From the human T2T-CHM13v2.0 reference genome, Homo sapiens, in NCBI RefSeq assembly GCF_009914755.1, contig NC_060925.1: a stretch of 64,000 nucleotides of DNA; one strand, 5' to 3'. This document shows positions 20,700 to 36,069 of this stretch, piece by piece. The notes below the pieces were generated by a model. The model did not search any database and was not told where the DNA came from. It saw nothing but the letters and a program-made list of their open reading frames with translations. A program made the position numbers and the translations under genes. Within the stretch, counting starts at the first letter, position 1. Each line of letters starts with the position of its first letter.

Positions 20700-21870
20700 T
20701 TTTCTGTACAATATTAAATAAAAGTAATATTGGTAATTAATCTTGTTTTGTTCTTAACTGGGATTATTGAATTTAGCTTAGGAATATTTGGAGGAAGACT
20801 TTTGCATATATGTTAATGAATGCTATTATCATCTATTTTTTCACATTACTAGTTTTATTTATTTTGGAATCACTGTTAGGCTATCTTTGTAAAATGCACT
20901 GTTGAGCTGCATTGCCAGTGTTTTAATTCTCAGAAGAATGTAAAAATAGGAACTATGTTTTTCGTCAATATTAGATAGAACTCACTTATTAAGCAAGCTG
21001 CCACTGATGTTTTCTTTCTAGTGATTTTTTAACTTCTAATTTAATATCATTTAGATTTTATATTAATTCTGATGTTGATATTTCTAATTTATAATTTTTT
21101 AGAAATGAATCCAGCCAATTTAAAATTTTAATTAACTGGCATATATTATTAGTAATATGTTATTATAACTTTAAACTTTGATGCATCTGTAATTCTGCCA
21201 ATTGTTCATTCTTAATCTTTCTTATTTTTGCCCCTCTCTCTCCTTTATTTTTTATTAGTCTTGTCAGGAGTTTATTTTTATTTTTAGGAACCAACATTTT
21301 TATTAGTATATCATTTTTGTCATATATTTATTTTTATTGTATTAATTTCTGCTCCCAGATTTTTTCTTACACTTTCTTTTTTTGCCCTAACATTATTTTT
21401 CTAATTTTTAAACTTGAATGCTTAGTTAATTAATTTTATACTTTTTAAATAATATTAAATTTAAGGCTATAAACTTCTAAAAAGCACTTTTTCCCAAATA
21501 TTTTGAAATTATACTTTTTGTTATTGTTCAGATATAGATGTTTTCTACTTTTCCTATGATACTTCTGAGAGTAAGTTGTATGGAAGTATTTTCTTTAAAT
21601 ATCAAACATATGGACATGTGAAATTTATCATTTATTTATTTCTAATTTATTTATATCACTAGTAGAAGCAGAGGTCTATATTATATTAATATTATTAATT
21701 CTATTAACTGTATTGACACTTGTTTTATGGCCAAGCATTTGTTTAATTCCACTGTGCTTGAAATCAATCTTTATTCCATGTGCCTCCAGTAGGTGGACCT
21801 TGTTAATTATTCTACAAATAATTTATATATATACTTATGATTTATTTGCCTGGTGTTTTTATTCCTAAGG
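20700..21870 (-). mobile_element. Highly decayed L1ME-like ORF2 fragment
   Basis: AT-rich antisense L1 phrases (ttagatagaactcac, aggaaccaacatttt, tttaaggctataaac, tttatggccaagcat). Confidence 0.55.
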
Positions 21871-24260
21871 GGAGAGATTTCAAATGTCTTACTCTGATAG
21901 TGGGCGTGTTAATTTTCCTTACAGTGCTTTTACGTGATTACTGTGCAGCATGGAAAGCCACAGACCTCCTTCCACTGCATGGCAGAAAGCAGAGCAGAAC
22001 ACACAAACCGGGCAGGCTGGCTCCCTGGGAGAAGAGCACAGGAAAGAACTGTGCTACATATGCCCAGTTCCCCCTTCCAGTCCCACCAATTGGAGTAGAC
22101 GGCTGGTTCTCAGACTTTAACTTGCATGCATAACATCCTGAAGTTATTAAAACACCAATTACTAGACCCCACTTTCAAAGTATCTAATTTAGTTGATCTG
22201 AAATAGACCTTCTCATTAAAATAAAAATCTTTTTCTATTGCTAAAGTTTTTACCTGAGAAGATTCCAGGTGACTTGATCCCCATTTATCTCACACCTAGT
22301 CAATGTTTGGAGAAAGCTTAAAAAGACTGTATGATTTGTTCACCACGTTAGCCAAAGAAATGACGAACGTACCCATAAAATATTGGCATTACGTTTAGAC
22401 CTTAATAAACATAGACAAAAAATACCTTCCCAATAATTACTCTGCAGGCTCATATAAATCGTGTTTAAAAGGATTTTCTCTCTCTAGCCTACGTTTAAGT
22501 AGAAGGTCATTCAAGTGAAAGGTCATATGTAGGCTGACTTGTGGGATCATATATGTTCTAAAAACCCACAGTTGTCAGGGATGGTAAGGAGGGTGAAAAC
22601 TCAGTCAACATGATTAGATCCTCTTGGTTTTTAAATGAAAGTTAAATCTTTTGGATTAAGTTTAGAATCTACCTACTAACTAATGTTGAAAAGACATTTA
22701 TCTATTTACCTTCTGTGGGAGATTTAATGAGAAAATAGACAAAGGACATCCAACTATAAATCGTATGTTTGTGTAGTCAGGGATCCTTGTATAATCAAGG
22801 ATCACAAAATTAAGCGACATCATGGGATGGTTTGTGTAGTATGAAACCCAAACTTACTTCTGGAAAGGAAAATTGAGACTGCAGGAGTCTGAGAGAAGAA
22901 AGGGTGGCTGGACAAGACTTGTGAACCTCCACAGCCAGCCATGTTGTCTACAGATATGAGTTACTCTATGGGAAGATAGGGCCCTAGAAGAAGTCTATGA
23001 CTCATTGTATCTGCTTTCCCGCCTACATGTGTTGCATGGTGCTTGGTGCCAGAGGCTTTCTACTTCAGATAAAATGGAAAAAAAAAAGAAGCCAAAAGGT
23101 ATACTGGAAAGCGTTAGAAAACGTTGGTGCTATCCCATTCTCAGTCTGTTTCTACGTTGCCATGTAACCTTAATTAATTAAGTTATTCCCTACCTCTTGA
23201 TTTCAGTTTTATGTTTTTGTAAAGACAGAGGGGTTTAGACCAGATGACTTCTTAAGCACCGTTTAAATCAGAAGTTCAATGATTCTCAGTGACTTCCTGG
23301 TGGAATTCACCTAGCTGCAAATGGTGTTTGCTCAAAGCAAGTCTTCAAAAGTTGTCTTGGCTTACCCCAACAGTTGAACCTATCTACCCCATACCACAAA
23401 GGAAAAGTTGCTTTTACCTAGGAAAGAAAAAAAAAATCAAGGATTTGATTTCTACTATTTTGCTGTTGTTGTTTTTCTCCACAACATTAATTTTCAAGGT
23501 TTGACAATATTAAAATTGGTTTGCCTTTATTTAGGATCCACCAAATGTCAGAAAAGAGAATATAGTCCGTATCTGAGCTGGATGCTCAGAGAAAATTTAC
23601 CTGAGGGTATATTGCCATAGAAAAACCTCAAATTGGACAACTTATCCACATTTAATAGGTGGGGACCCCAGAACATTCTGTGATCTTAGTCAAATTTACT
23701 AAATTGAGAGGGAGATAATGCTGCTGTATGCTACTCCACACACATTGTTCTCTACACATATCTTTTCTCTTAAAATAAGCTAAAATAAATACAAAGTCAT
23801 CCCTGCATTTGGAAAGAAAGCATTTCAACATCATTTTTCAAAAACAGGAAACCCAAAACTTACGCTATCACTAAAAAGAAATTTTAAAAGGTTGTCCAGA
23901 GAGTTTTTATTTCAAAAATAAGTTTTCTTTTTGTATCTTCAATAAGCTATGGCTATGTTATCCTCAGACAGGGAATCTCCTAGTAGGATCCTACAGTTCC
24001 ACGCTTGGTCTTCAGAGAACCTTCAGAGAAGTAGCAACTGGGTGCCCAGTTAGCATTCTAAAGTCTAAGGCATGAGAAGAGATCACAATACACTTCTACA
24101 CTTCCATGAGACTTTCTTTTGTTTTGCTCATTCACTTCTCACCAATCCATGCACTCCTTCCCACCACTTTTCATGACCTCCCATCATCACAAAAGTACAT
24201 AGAACAAAATGAAAAAAAGTCTGTTTCTTGGTGTTAGTCAGTATGTTGCTGCACATACTG

Positions 24261-24309
24261 GTGTGTGTGTGTGTGTGTGTGTGTGTGTGGTCTGTCTGTG
24301 TGTGTATGT
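24261..24309. repeat. (TG)n microsatellite
   Basis: Directly visible. Confidence 0.97.
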
Positions 24310-24977
24310 GAAGAAGAGAAAAAGGTGGGGGTGGCGGTGGGGAGAGAGAGAGTGGGTTGGCTCCTTAAAACAAAATTGTTAAATGCCGGGGTTTTTTTCC
24401 CACCCACCTTGCCAGAAAACAGGAGAGACAGAAAAGTATCCATCTAGTCCCTAAAGAAATGTCCCATCTGTCAAAGTCAGAACTGCAGGGTTACATGAAG
24501 AATCAATGAACAGACAAAGTACATTTTAAAGAAGGATTCCTAAGGGAGACATGCATCAGGAATTCTCAAAGGGAATGAGGAGAGAGAGGAATTGGTAAGC
24601 TAAGGCCCCTATATTGTTGGTCTAGAAGGGCTGTAGCGCAACAGAAAAAGCATTCTATTTCTAAATTGACTTTGTAAACTTGTTTTGCCACTAACTCAAA
24701 ATGAACATTGGGCTTAACCATTTCTCCTTTCTTTACTTCAACTTCCCCTTCTCTATATAAATGTTGTATAAAGCCCCTCACCACCCTGGTAGTCTGTGGA
24801 TCTCTAAAGCCATTGAAAAATGTTTCTAGGGTGGATATGGAGTTGGGTGGTCTATATCAATGTCCCTGGAGTTTTCTTTCCATATTCTAATAGTCCTTAT
24901 CTGGGAAAGATCAAAGCCTTTACCTAGTTCTCTTTTTTAGATACTCTAATCTTTTCTGTACCACCCCTGCCCATTAC

Positions 24978-25250
24978 CTGATGGTTTTGATGACATTAGA
25001 ATTTACAACATCCTCCTCTGCATCTTTTCTACCCCAAGACACTCCCCTACTTATATTTCATGTTCCTGGAAATGCTGACCTCCCAGGGGCTCCTTGCTAT
25101 ATGTTCTCTGGAGTTGCTAAGTGTGTAAAGTTTTTTGTAAGTGCTCCTCTGGGGTAGGAAGTTGGACACAGAGAAGTAAAGCAGCCCTACTCTCTTTCAA
25201 ATGGCTTTTCTGCAACCCTCACTGGCTCTAGAATCCAATCCCAGGGACAC
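24978..25250 (-). promoter_or_regulatory. Orphan OR-type promoter and putative non-coding first exon (copy A)
   Basis: EBF(O/E)-like TCCCAGGGGC at 25081-25090 and atcccagggac at about 25238; minus-strand TATAAG at 25050-25055; donor CAG|GTAATG with GT at 24977-24976. Confidence 0.5.
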
Positions 25251-25270
25251 TGCCTCTTCTGGGACTCTAG

Positions 25271-25563
<293 letters not shown>

Positions 25564-27027
25564 CGTCATAGCTTTTCATGAGAAGAGACAATCCAACTTG
25601 AATACATGAAGAATCACATCTTTAGCACCCCAGAGGTGAGTTTCATCTTAAAAGCTTTTTTTGCAAGGAGATTTCTCATCCATCCCTACTAACCTCACCA
25701 CATCACCATATTATCACAGCACAGGCACCACTATCACTTTTGCGCTTACCATCTCTACCTTTGTTACTCTCACCACTGTCCCTCCCTTTGCCATGTCAGC
25801 TATCTTTAGCCATTGTTCCAAATGATTGATGTTGAATACCTAATACACTTGTCTAAGTCTCCATCACCAGTATTATTACCATTACTTACATTATCACTAC
25901 CATTATTATTACCCAGGCATCTTCATGAGACTAATCTACTTTTTCATTATTACTTTTACTTATATCCATATCCTCAATATGTTCATCAACATCCTAATCT
26001 TGACATCTGAACTCTTATCTCAGCTGTGTGTTCTCTGTGGGCATGTACTTAGATGGATATGGAGTCCAGATGAATAATGGAATTACAGCATTTATCTATC
26101 AGAAGTAAGGTATTTGAATCATTCATAGCCCCAAATGTACTTTTATTTTTCAGAATCAGGTGGAAAGAAAGCAGTTGCTATATTAAATTTAAGATACGGA
26201 GGTAACCATAAAAAGATTAACAAGTAAATCATATTAAACGGAAGAAAAATACTAAGTGTTCTGAGTTCAAATTGGAAAAGCTTTCCTGTAGGAGACGGAA
26301 AGTTTCTGAGCCAAAGGAAAGGAAGATATTTGTTTCTGAGAGTACTAATGTGACTTTGGGATTGAAAGAGTCTCTCAAATTTTTGGACAATATGAGGGTC
26401 TCATTCAACCTTAATCAGCATTTAGCTTATGTCCCACTTACTCTGAAATACCTAACCTTTCACAAAGATGGATAGTTGAAACTATCCTTCACTAAATTAC
26501 TGCATCTCCCACAGTCTCAAGCACCAACAGATCTTTTGTTTTCATTTTTATTTCATGGATATATAGATTAGCCATCTATCCCAATTCTTCAAATGAATAA
26601 TTGTGCTGTACTCAAAGTGGCCACTTTAATACTCATTTTTATTCCTCCCTATATCACATCACATTGGTGTTCCTACGTTCCTCTTTTCCTCTTGTGAGCC
26701 AGACTCTGAGACAGACTTTCTGCATCATTTGTATTGTCTAACTGTATACCTGTATGGCTTGGCATTGACTGAATAAATTACAATGCCCATGCATGATCCC
26801 TCAGAAGGCTATCAACATGACAAATACCTGAGCATAAGAATTGTAAACATTACCTAGAATCAGTTAGTGTAGATATGCGTACTAAACAATCAAGGCTTCC
26901 AAGTTTAGTTCTTGCCTAGTCAAGAACATTGTTTCTTCTCTTTTATGTCACCACTTGTCAGTAAAGAGTGCTTACTTGGCATTTATTCTGTATCAGAAAT
27001 AGAGTGAGGGAAAATGACAAGTTCTGG

Positions 27028-27544
27028 TATTACTGTGCAATGGGTTCACTGTCCCATGAGCTTAGAAGCCAATACTGTGACACCAGTTTTTAAGAAAGAA
27101 GAAGCCTTATTTCAAGGTTGACCAGCAATGAGGCAGGAGGCAATGTTCAAATCTGTCTCCCCTAACTGAGGTCTGGGGACAGGTTTTATAGGCAGAGAGC
27201 AATTAAGAGGGAGATAGGAAAATGCAACAAAGCGTTATCTGATTGGTTCCTGAGAAGAGATTATGCCAGGTCCTTGACTTTTAGGATTGTGCTGCAACAA
27301 AACAGGTCTCCTTTCCTTTTTAATTTGATCACCATCCTTTGGTCTGAATACTTAGGTTCTGCATGTGGTTTACTTTTTTGTTCTGGTTGGCTCCAGGGTC
27401 ACAAATCTGGCACACTTGGTTCATCTGGGCACACTTGGGTTACATACAACCTGAGGGTCCATTGCAACTAAAAAACAAGTCATCATTTTGTTGTATTTTG
27501 TTATTGACAAAGTTAAACCAGATTGAACTGGTTCTGTGGTTACA
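27028..27544 (-). mobile_element. MER101-like ERV1 solo LTR
   Basis: Minus strand starts tgtaaccacagaaccagttcaa...gcccagatgaaccaagtgtgc...gaacctaagtattcagacc; 4-bp TSD ctgg/ctga; empty site in copy B at about 35598. Confidence 0.75.
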
Positions 27545-28184
27545 CTGATATCTTCATCAAGCAATTCATTATTTGAGGAGAAAGGTGAGATCTAAAATTA
27601 TTTGTTAAAAGCTTAAGTGATAAAAGTAGTATTCAGCATGTTCAAATTTTCATAGTATCATTGCTACTATTTGGAAAAACAGCATATGCTTACTAAAATT
27701 TAGAAATAAATAGAGAAATAATTTTTGAAGTAATGGGATTATAAGTAATTTAAATTTTTATTTACCTAAACATTTAATGTCCTATATTTATATGTAATAC
27801 ATTATTTTTAAAATGTGCTGTAAATGTTAGGAAAAAAATGATATGAAATGCAACTAACATAATGTGAGAAATAGGGAAATTCACAATAATTCATTTATCT
27901 ATTTATTTAATACATTTTTGAAACAGCTTTTATGTCCCAGACTTTATTCTAGGAACTGGAGAAAATGGGATGCGTATAACACTGTTGCTTCCCTTAAGAT
28001 ATTTATTATATAGAGTGGGAGGAGACAGATCCTCAAATCACCTGATTATTTTTTAAAATATAAGTTTTTTAAACATGTAAGAAAAAATTTCAACTTCACA
28101 CATAAGATGAATTTTTGAACCTTTTAGAGATATTATTTATTGAAGCAAATAAACTTTTAAAACAACTATGTAAATGAAGTGATA

Positions 28185-28310
28185 CATCAAGGTCACATGC
28201 CCTTGTTTGCCCAGTACAACTGTGGTTTATATCTGTTGTCACTGGATACATTGATAGTATTTCATTTTGTTCTCTGATGTACTTGAGTTTGAATGTCCTG
28301 TATGACAGAA
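28185..28310. mobile_element. MER94-like hAT MITE (paralogous copy at about 37145-37280)
   Basis: ggtcacatgcccttgtttgcccagtacaactgtggtttatatctgttgtc; the better-preserved copy in B ends ttggatgatcaactatatgaacatcct. Confidence 0.55.
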
Positions 28311-29956
28311 TGTCAGCCTTGATGCTAGTACCAAGTGAATGGTCTGATTATGCTGCCTTTCAGACGTGACTGCTTCTTACTGTCTATGTTGCTAGAGTCA
28401 ATATCCAATTGTCACCATGGGAGAAGTGGCCAAAAGTTGGACCTCACCTTGGGCACTTACCCCAATATGTCACACTAAGGCACTACTTCTCAAACTTTTA
28501 TTTTCATATCATAGCGCTTATAAAAGTGATGGTATCTGTAGGACACACTGAGGTGAACAGAAAGGCCACTTACTGCTTGAGGCAACCAGTCCAAGGACTT
28601 CAATTCCCTTAGGTCCTATCTGACCATTCATAGGGTGTGTGTTAGGGGCAAGGACTCAGTAACTCAGCACATCTGTTATTTATATCTGTTGAGAAGCTCT
28701 GCGCTAAAGATGACCTGAACTTTATGTTCTAAAGGAAATACCCAAGGAGGTCTCAAGAGAAAAAAAAGAATATAGAATAGAGTACAGAATGAAAGGCAAG
28801 GGGAGTTTGCAGCTATAAATGGATCTTAAAAAAATACCTTCTGGTGGAGTTTCAAGAGGGGAACTCAATCTCTATCACACCCATTTGACTCTTAAGAGTT
28901 TGTTCATTCATTCATTTGTTCAAATATGAGTGGATACCATGCATTGTAGTACAAATTAATAGTGAGATATAAGCCACTTTGAGTTGTTAGATGACTGCTT
29001 ATGTCTTCACTACAGGATGGTAAGTCCCCCATGTTCACTGCACAGTATGCACCCCACAGATATTAGTAATTATCAAGAATTGCTATAACAGTTTTAGTAA
29101 TTATTATTACTATAATTACCTATTAATTAATGTGATCTAAGCCATTTCAATTTAAGCCATCTTCTAGTGCTGCCACCACAGGGAAAAAAGAGTTTCTGTT
29201 GGGCCCATAATAGTTCCTGCAAAAAGAGTAGTCTGAGTGAAGTGAGGTGCAGAAGGAGAGAAAGAAAAGGAGCCCAAAAGCAGTAGACTCAGACTGTCAG
29301 CAGAATAGAGTTTTGCACCATGTATTTGGGAAACAGCATAGACTTCTTGAAAGCAGGGACTACTCAGTTTATGACAAGATAAATTTGGACCCTTAGGTCA
29401 AAAGAAGATGCCTCATTTGGAGAGTTACCAAGTCTATTGTAATAACAATGTGAGATAGCTGTAAAACTAAGCATTATCAAAGAAATAAATCCCCACTGAA
29501 GACATTTATGTGGAAAACTCTGAAGTAACAATGATTAATATTTACATGCTTAACGTTCTTTTATTGTCCCCATTTTGCATGTAAGGGAACTGAGGTGGAG
29601 GGAATTTAAGTGTATTGCATATGATCACACAGCAAATAAATGATAGAATTGACTTTTGAACACAGGCAGAGAGCCTTCAAAGACCGTGGTGTAAGCACTA
29701 TACTGTCCTGATTCTGGTATGCTGAGACTAACTTGCTTATGAAATACTTAGTATGTGTTATTTAACTTTAGAACACTTTGATGTAGTTTTTTTTTTAAAG
29801 GAAAACAAATCTGGCATTAGAGAGAGCTTATGTTTTTTGCCCAAAATCATAGAGGCAAAAATGGCAACACCTGAATTTGTACCAACACCTTTCCATCTCT
29901 GCTCTGCAAATTCAGATCTTACACATCTGGACCTAGTTCAGGTCCTGCTTTCCTTA

Positions 29957-30147
<191 letters not shown>

Positions 30148-31169
30148 CTAAGCTGAGAGGAATGTGAGCACTCATTCATTGCCAGCCTTTCATTTTACAG
30201 ACAGAGAGAATGAGGCTGAGGAGGGTAACTCAGTCAGCTGAAGTGGATTTAGGGTTGAATCTGTCTGTCTTTACTGCAAGTTCAATAATCTTTATAATTT
30301 TATTACGTAAATATTGGGATGTTCTTCCTTCTTCAGAGGGATATTATAAAGATTAAATTTTTAAAAACATGAAGGCAGCTGTAACTATTTCTGGCATAGT
30401 ACAGACATACATAAAATAAAGCAGTAAGATCTGTAGGAATGAGGAAAATGGAAAGTATTCAAGATTAGGCAATACTTAGTCTCTTCCAAGATCTGGTCCT
30501 ATTTTCTCACTAATTTATCTGACCATACTCTAGCAGGTACTTGGCCCCCAGTTCAGACACCATCAAGGAATGGGAGATTACTCTGCTCAGCAGAGGAAGC
30601 AATAGAGGAGCTGGAGAGAAAAGAAGCGTGATCAGAACTGCAGGTTTTTTCTCCATCAAACTACATTTGGTCACATAATAACCCAGAATCCCTGGATGCC
30701 ACAAATAGATAAGCATTCTGCTCATGGTGCGCTGATCTACATCTGCAACTTTATACAAGTTAACATTTTAGACTCCTTTTTGCCAACCTAGTTTTCCACC
30801 TTCTTAACCTTTCTCCAAGAATCTTATCTTGACTAAATCTGCCACTCCTAGCTTTAATTTATCTTCTTTCTTTCTGTATTGCACTGTCTCTCTAAGTCAT
30901 AAATGCAGCTTAACCACTTGTTCTGCATCCCTGTTTTTCCTCCCTTTGTTGCATTTCTTTCCCATTAGAATGGGGAAATCAGAGACCATAACCCCTTTCT
31001 CTTTACATCTTCCAGCTTTCACCAATTCAGGCATGGGTGTGTGCAGCATGTTTGACTACTGATCGTTTTTATTTCTTTACTGGTATTTTCTTTGACTCTG
31101 ACCACATGATTGACAAGCCAACCAGCTGATTCTCACAATTACCAACAAGCTGGGCTATGACAAATTAGA

Positions 31170-32428
<1,259 letters not shown>

Positions 32429-33404
32429 GATTCCTAGGAACAAGCGATAAACATAGAATATAAATTACTTCAAGCTTCTTCCTCTATTCGTAAAATCTGA
32501 GCACTTAAAAGGAACTTGAGACATTATCTAATCAATGTTCCTCACTTTACACTAGAGGAACTGAAGCCCCAAAAGCAGAAATGGTTGGCCCCATATCATA
32601 GTCTGTTGGTAGCAGGTGTGGGACTAGAAATCAAGGCTCCTGATCCCATTTTAATCCCTTTCTATGTTATAATATTATGCTCCAGTGACTCAGTGATTTT
32701 CTCCCCTATTCCACCATCCAATAACAGGAGAGCTAGAAAATTCCTACTGCTAGCCCTCTGTACTTTCCAATGAGAAAATAACCAACAACATTGGAGAAGG
32801 GAGAAAAGTCACCTCCCAAAAGTGACTGTTGAAGCTTCTTTCAGGAAGCCCCTCTGAAGTGTTTAGACTATCCTGATAAAAACTAGAAGAAGAAAAAATG
32901 GAATATAAAAGAAATGCAGAATCTCCAAAAACTATAATATCCTAGGCCCGTGGTGCCTGATGATAATTCACCCAGCAGATACACTGTGCTGGGTGAAAAA
33001 ATAATCCCCGAAGGGTATGTGCTAGGAATTCTCGAAAAGGAAAACCGTGAAGTCAAGAAGAAGCAAAGAAGCCAGAGGTCCTATGGTATAATAGGAAAAG
33101 CCTCCTCCGAAGTCAGCGATTTGGTTGCCACTAAGCATTAGGTTGAGCAACTTTTTACTCAACCTCAGCTTCCTCTTCAAAAGAGAAGAGCCTTGAGCAT
33201 TTGTTTCCTAAGACTCTTACAACACAGATAATGTATGTTTCCCTAAATTGGAAAATGGTTATGGGTTTTGAGGGGAATCAACACCTATGTCACTTGAGTT
33301 TTCCTCCCACACCCTAATAAGCCTCATTCAGGAAGGTCCAAAGCCTTCATCTAGTTGTCTTCTTTGGCTACTCTCATCTTTTCGGCCCCACTCCTGCCCA
33401 TTAC

Positions 33405-33690
33405 CTGATGGTTTTGATGACATTAGAACTTATAGCATTCTCCTCGGCATCCTTTCTACCCCAAGATACTCCCCTACTTATATTTCATGTTCCTGGAAAT
33501 GCGGGCCTCCCAGGGGATCCTTGCTACATGTTCCCTGGAGTTGCTAAGTGTGTAAAGCTTTCAGCAAGGACCTCTCTGGGGCAAGCAGTTGTGCAAAAGG
33601 AAGTGCAGCAGAGCAGCTCTATGTCTCAAATGACTTTTCTCAAGTCTGCAACCCTCGCTGTGGACTTTACAGTTTAATCCCAGGGGCATT
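33405..33690 (-). promoter_or_regulatory. OR10AA1P: Putative OR10AA1P promoter and non-coding first exon
   Basis: Perfect EBF site TCCCAGGGGA at 33508-33517 and a second TCCCAGGGGC at about 33678; minus-strand TATAAG at about 33477-33482; donor CAG|GTAATG (GT at 33404-33403) pairs with the acceptor at 32434 to give a 971-nt intron. Confidence 0.6.
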
Positions 33691-33927
33691 GCCTCCTCTG
33701 GGCCACTAGAAGTTTTGCAAGTCCCACATAGCCTTTTATAAAAAGAGAACAAATCCAACTCGTATATCCTTGTGTATACATGGAGAACAACACCTTGATC
33801 ACTCCAAAAACGAGTTGAATGTTCTTAAAAATTACTTTGCAAAAAGACTTCCCAATCAGCTTCATCTCTACTCCCTTCTGGTAAGAACAGCCAAATGACC
33901 AGAAAGGAGTAAATAATATGTGTGTCC

Positions 33928-34297
33928 ATTTTTTTTTACTAATGTGTAATACTTTCATTTTAATACATGTGAGGTACATGTGCATGTTTAATACATGTGC
34001 GGTACATGTACAGGTTTGTTACATAGGTAAACCTATGTCATAGGGGTTCATTGTACATATTATTTTATCACCCAGGTATTAAGCCTAGTACCCATTAGTT
34101 ACTTTTTCTGATCCTCTGCCTCTTCCCACTCTCCACCCTCCAAAAGTCCCCAGTGAGTGTTGTTCTCCTCTATGTGTCCATGTATTCTCAACATTTAGCT
34201 CCCACTTATAATTGAGAACATGCAGTATTTGGTTTTCTTTTCCTGTATTAATTTGCTGAGGATAATGACCTCCAGCTCCTACCATGTCCCTGCAAAG
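33928..34297 (-). mobile_element. Older L1PA 3'-end fragment
   Basis: caggtttgttacataggtaaac...cacccaggtattaagcctagtaccca...catttagctcccacttata; contains a ~28-nt tandem duplication at about 33958-34014. Confidence 0.9.
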
Positions 34298-36069
34298 GTG
34301 TTTTTCCATTATTAACCTTACCACAATATGAGAAAGATCAGCAGTGCCGTCACTTCTGCTTTGACTATCTCCGTCTCCACAACAATCTCCATCACCACTA
34401 CCCTCACTATCTCCCCTATCATTTATTCATTGATTTAATCATTGTCAAATACTCTCTATTTGCCGAGCAGTGTTCTAAACCACCACCACCAGTATTGCTA
34501 TCATTGTTTATGGAACCACCATATCATTATTTTATGTGGCATTTACATATGTTTATTTCTGTTTTCATCATCACTTTCCTTTTCATCACTATCAGCATCA
34601 TTTTCATAAAAGCCTTATGGTCAGTACATGGACTCTGACCTCAACTGAACACAATACATAAGCAGGTACTGGATGGATGTAGAGGCCGTATAAATAACAG
34701 ATTGAAGCCCTGATCCACTGGAGAAGAATACATTTGCATCACTTGTAGATACAAATATGGTTTGAAATTTAGGAATCAGAGGCAAAAAAGAAAATCACAC
34801 AGATAATAGCAAAATTAAATTGGATATCAGAACATTCACTGTAAAAGATTTTCACACGGATCACATCAATATAGAGGAAACCATTGAGTCTCTTCATACC
34901 AACCTGAAAAATTTCCTGAGAGGGCTGGAATTATTTAAACAGCAGGAAAAGATGATATTTTGTTTGGAGAGTTTCACTTTAGAAAATATTGTAACCTCAA
35001 GATTGGAAGACTCTCCTTGAGTAAAAAACTATCCAGGTGCTTGGGTAATTAGAGGTTCTCATTCAGTCTTCTCCTGCCTTAAGCCAAGATTCCACTTCAT
35101 CAGAAACATGTGACCTTTCTGCAGGATGAATGGTTGCAACTGCCATTTGACAAAATTAGTTTATCTTTCATAGTCTCAAATACTAAAACACCCCCAATTT
35201 GCAGCTTTATCTATGGGTTTTATAAGACATATTCTGATACAGACTTCCCCTGTGCTTTGTAGTGTATCACCCTGTCTTGGCAGTAAAACTGATGGCTGCG
35301 TGTTCGCCTTCAGAAAGCAATCAGTGTGATACAAATGACTGTTTATAAGAAAATTACACACAAAACAAAATCAATCCAGAAATATGTGCTAAAAATTTAA
35401 CATTGTATATAATGAGGAATGAGAGGTTTGTAAATTAAAAGTAACATGAAGAGATAAAAGTGGAAGTGTTCCAAATATAGGCCTTGCTTAGCTAAGAAAA
35501 TTGTTTAATTTCTTCTCATGAGATCTTCTTCCTGTTAAGTGCTCATTTAACATTTATGCTGTATTAGAAATGAAGTTAGAGAAAAGAATGAGGCCTTCTG
35601 CCTCTATCAAGAAATTCGTGGTTTAGCAAGAGAGACAACTAAGAGTGCTATAGTGTTCGGTGAAGAAAGGAGAATTTCAAAAGTGTCAACATTTCATAAT
35701 ATGATTGCTAATATTTGAAAAAGCCTACATTATGAGAAATGATTAAAAAGAAATAAGTAAATAATTGCTTTAACTAATTTCATAAGTGATTTTAAATTTT
35801 TTCATCTAAATATTCTATATTATGGACAGACTTATGTGTAATACTATTTTCCAAGAAAAAATGTGATTGGAAGGTTAGAAAAGGTGATCTAAAGTACAGC
35901 TAAAAAACTGTGAGAAGAGTAAATCTCAGTGATTCTGTTATTTATTCATTAAATACATTTATTGAATACTCTATTTCCCACCCTCATACTAGGGAAAATA
36001 TGAGATGTCTAACACACAGTTCCTTTCCTTAAAATGCTTAATTTGGAATGGGGGAAACAGACCCCAAGA

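Noticed and set aside
25680-26000. CAC/CAT-rich tract as a coding repeat or array
   Set aside because: Degenerate low-complexity sequence, also present in copy B (about 34320-34610); no regular unit or credible ORF.
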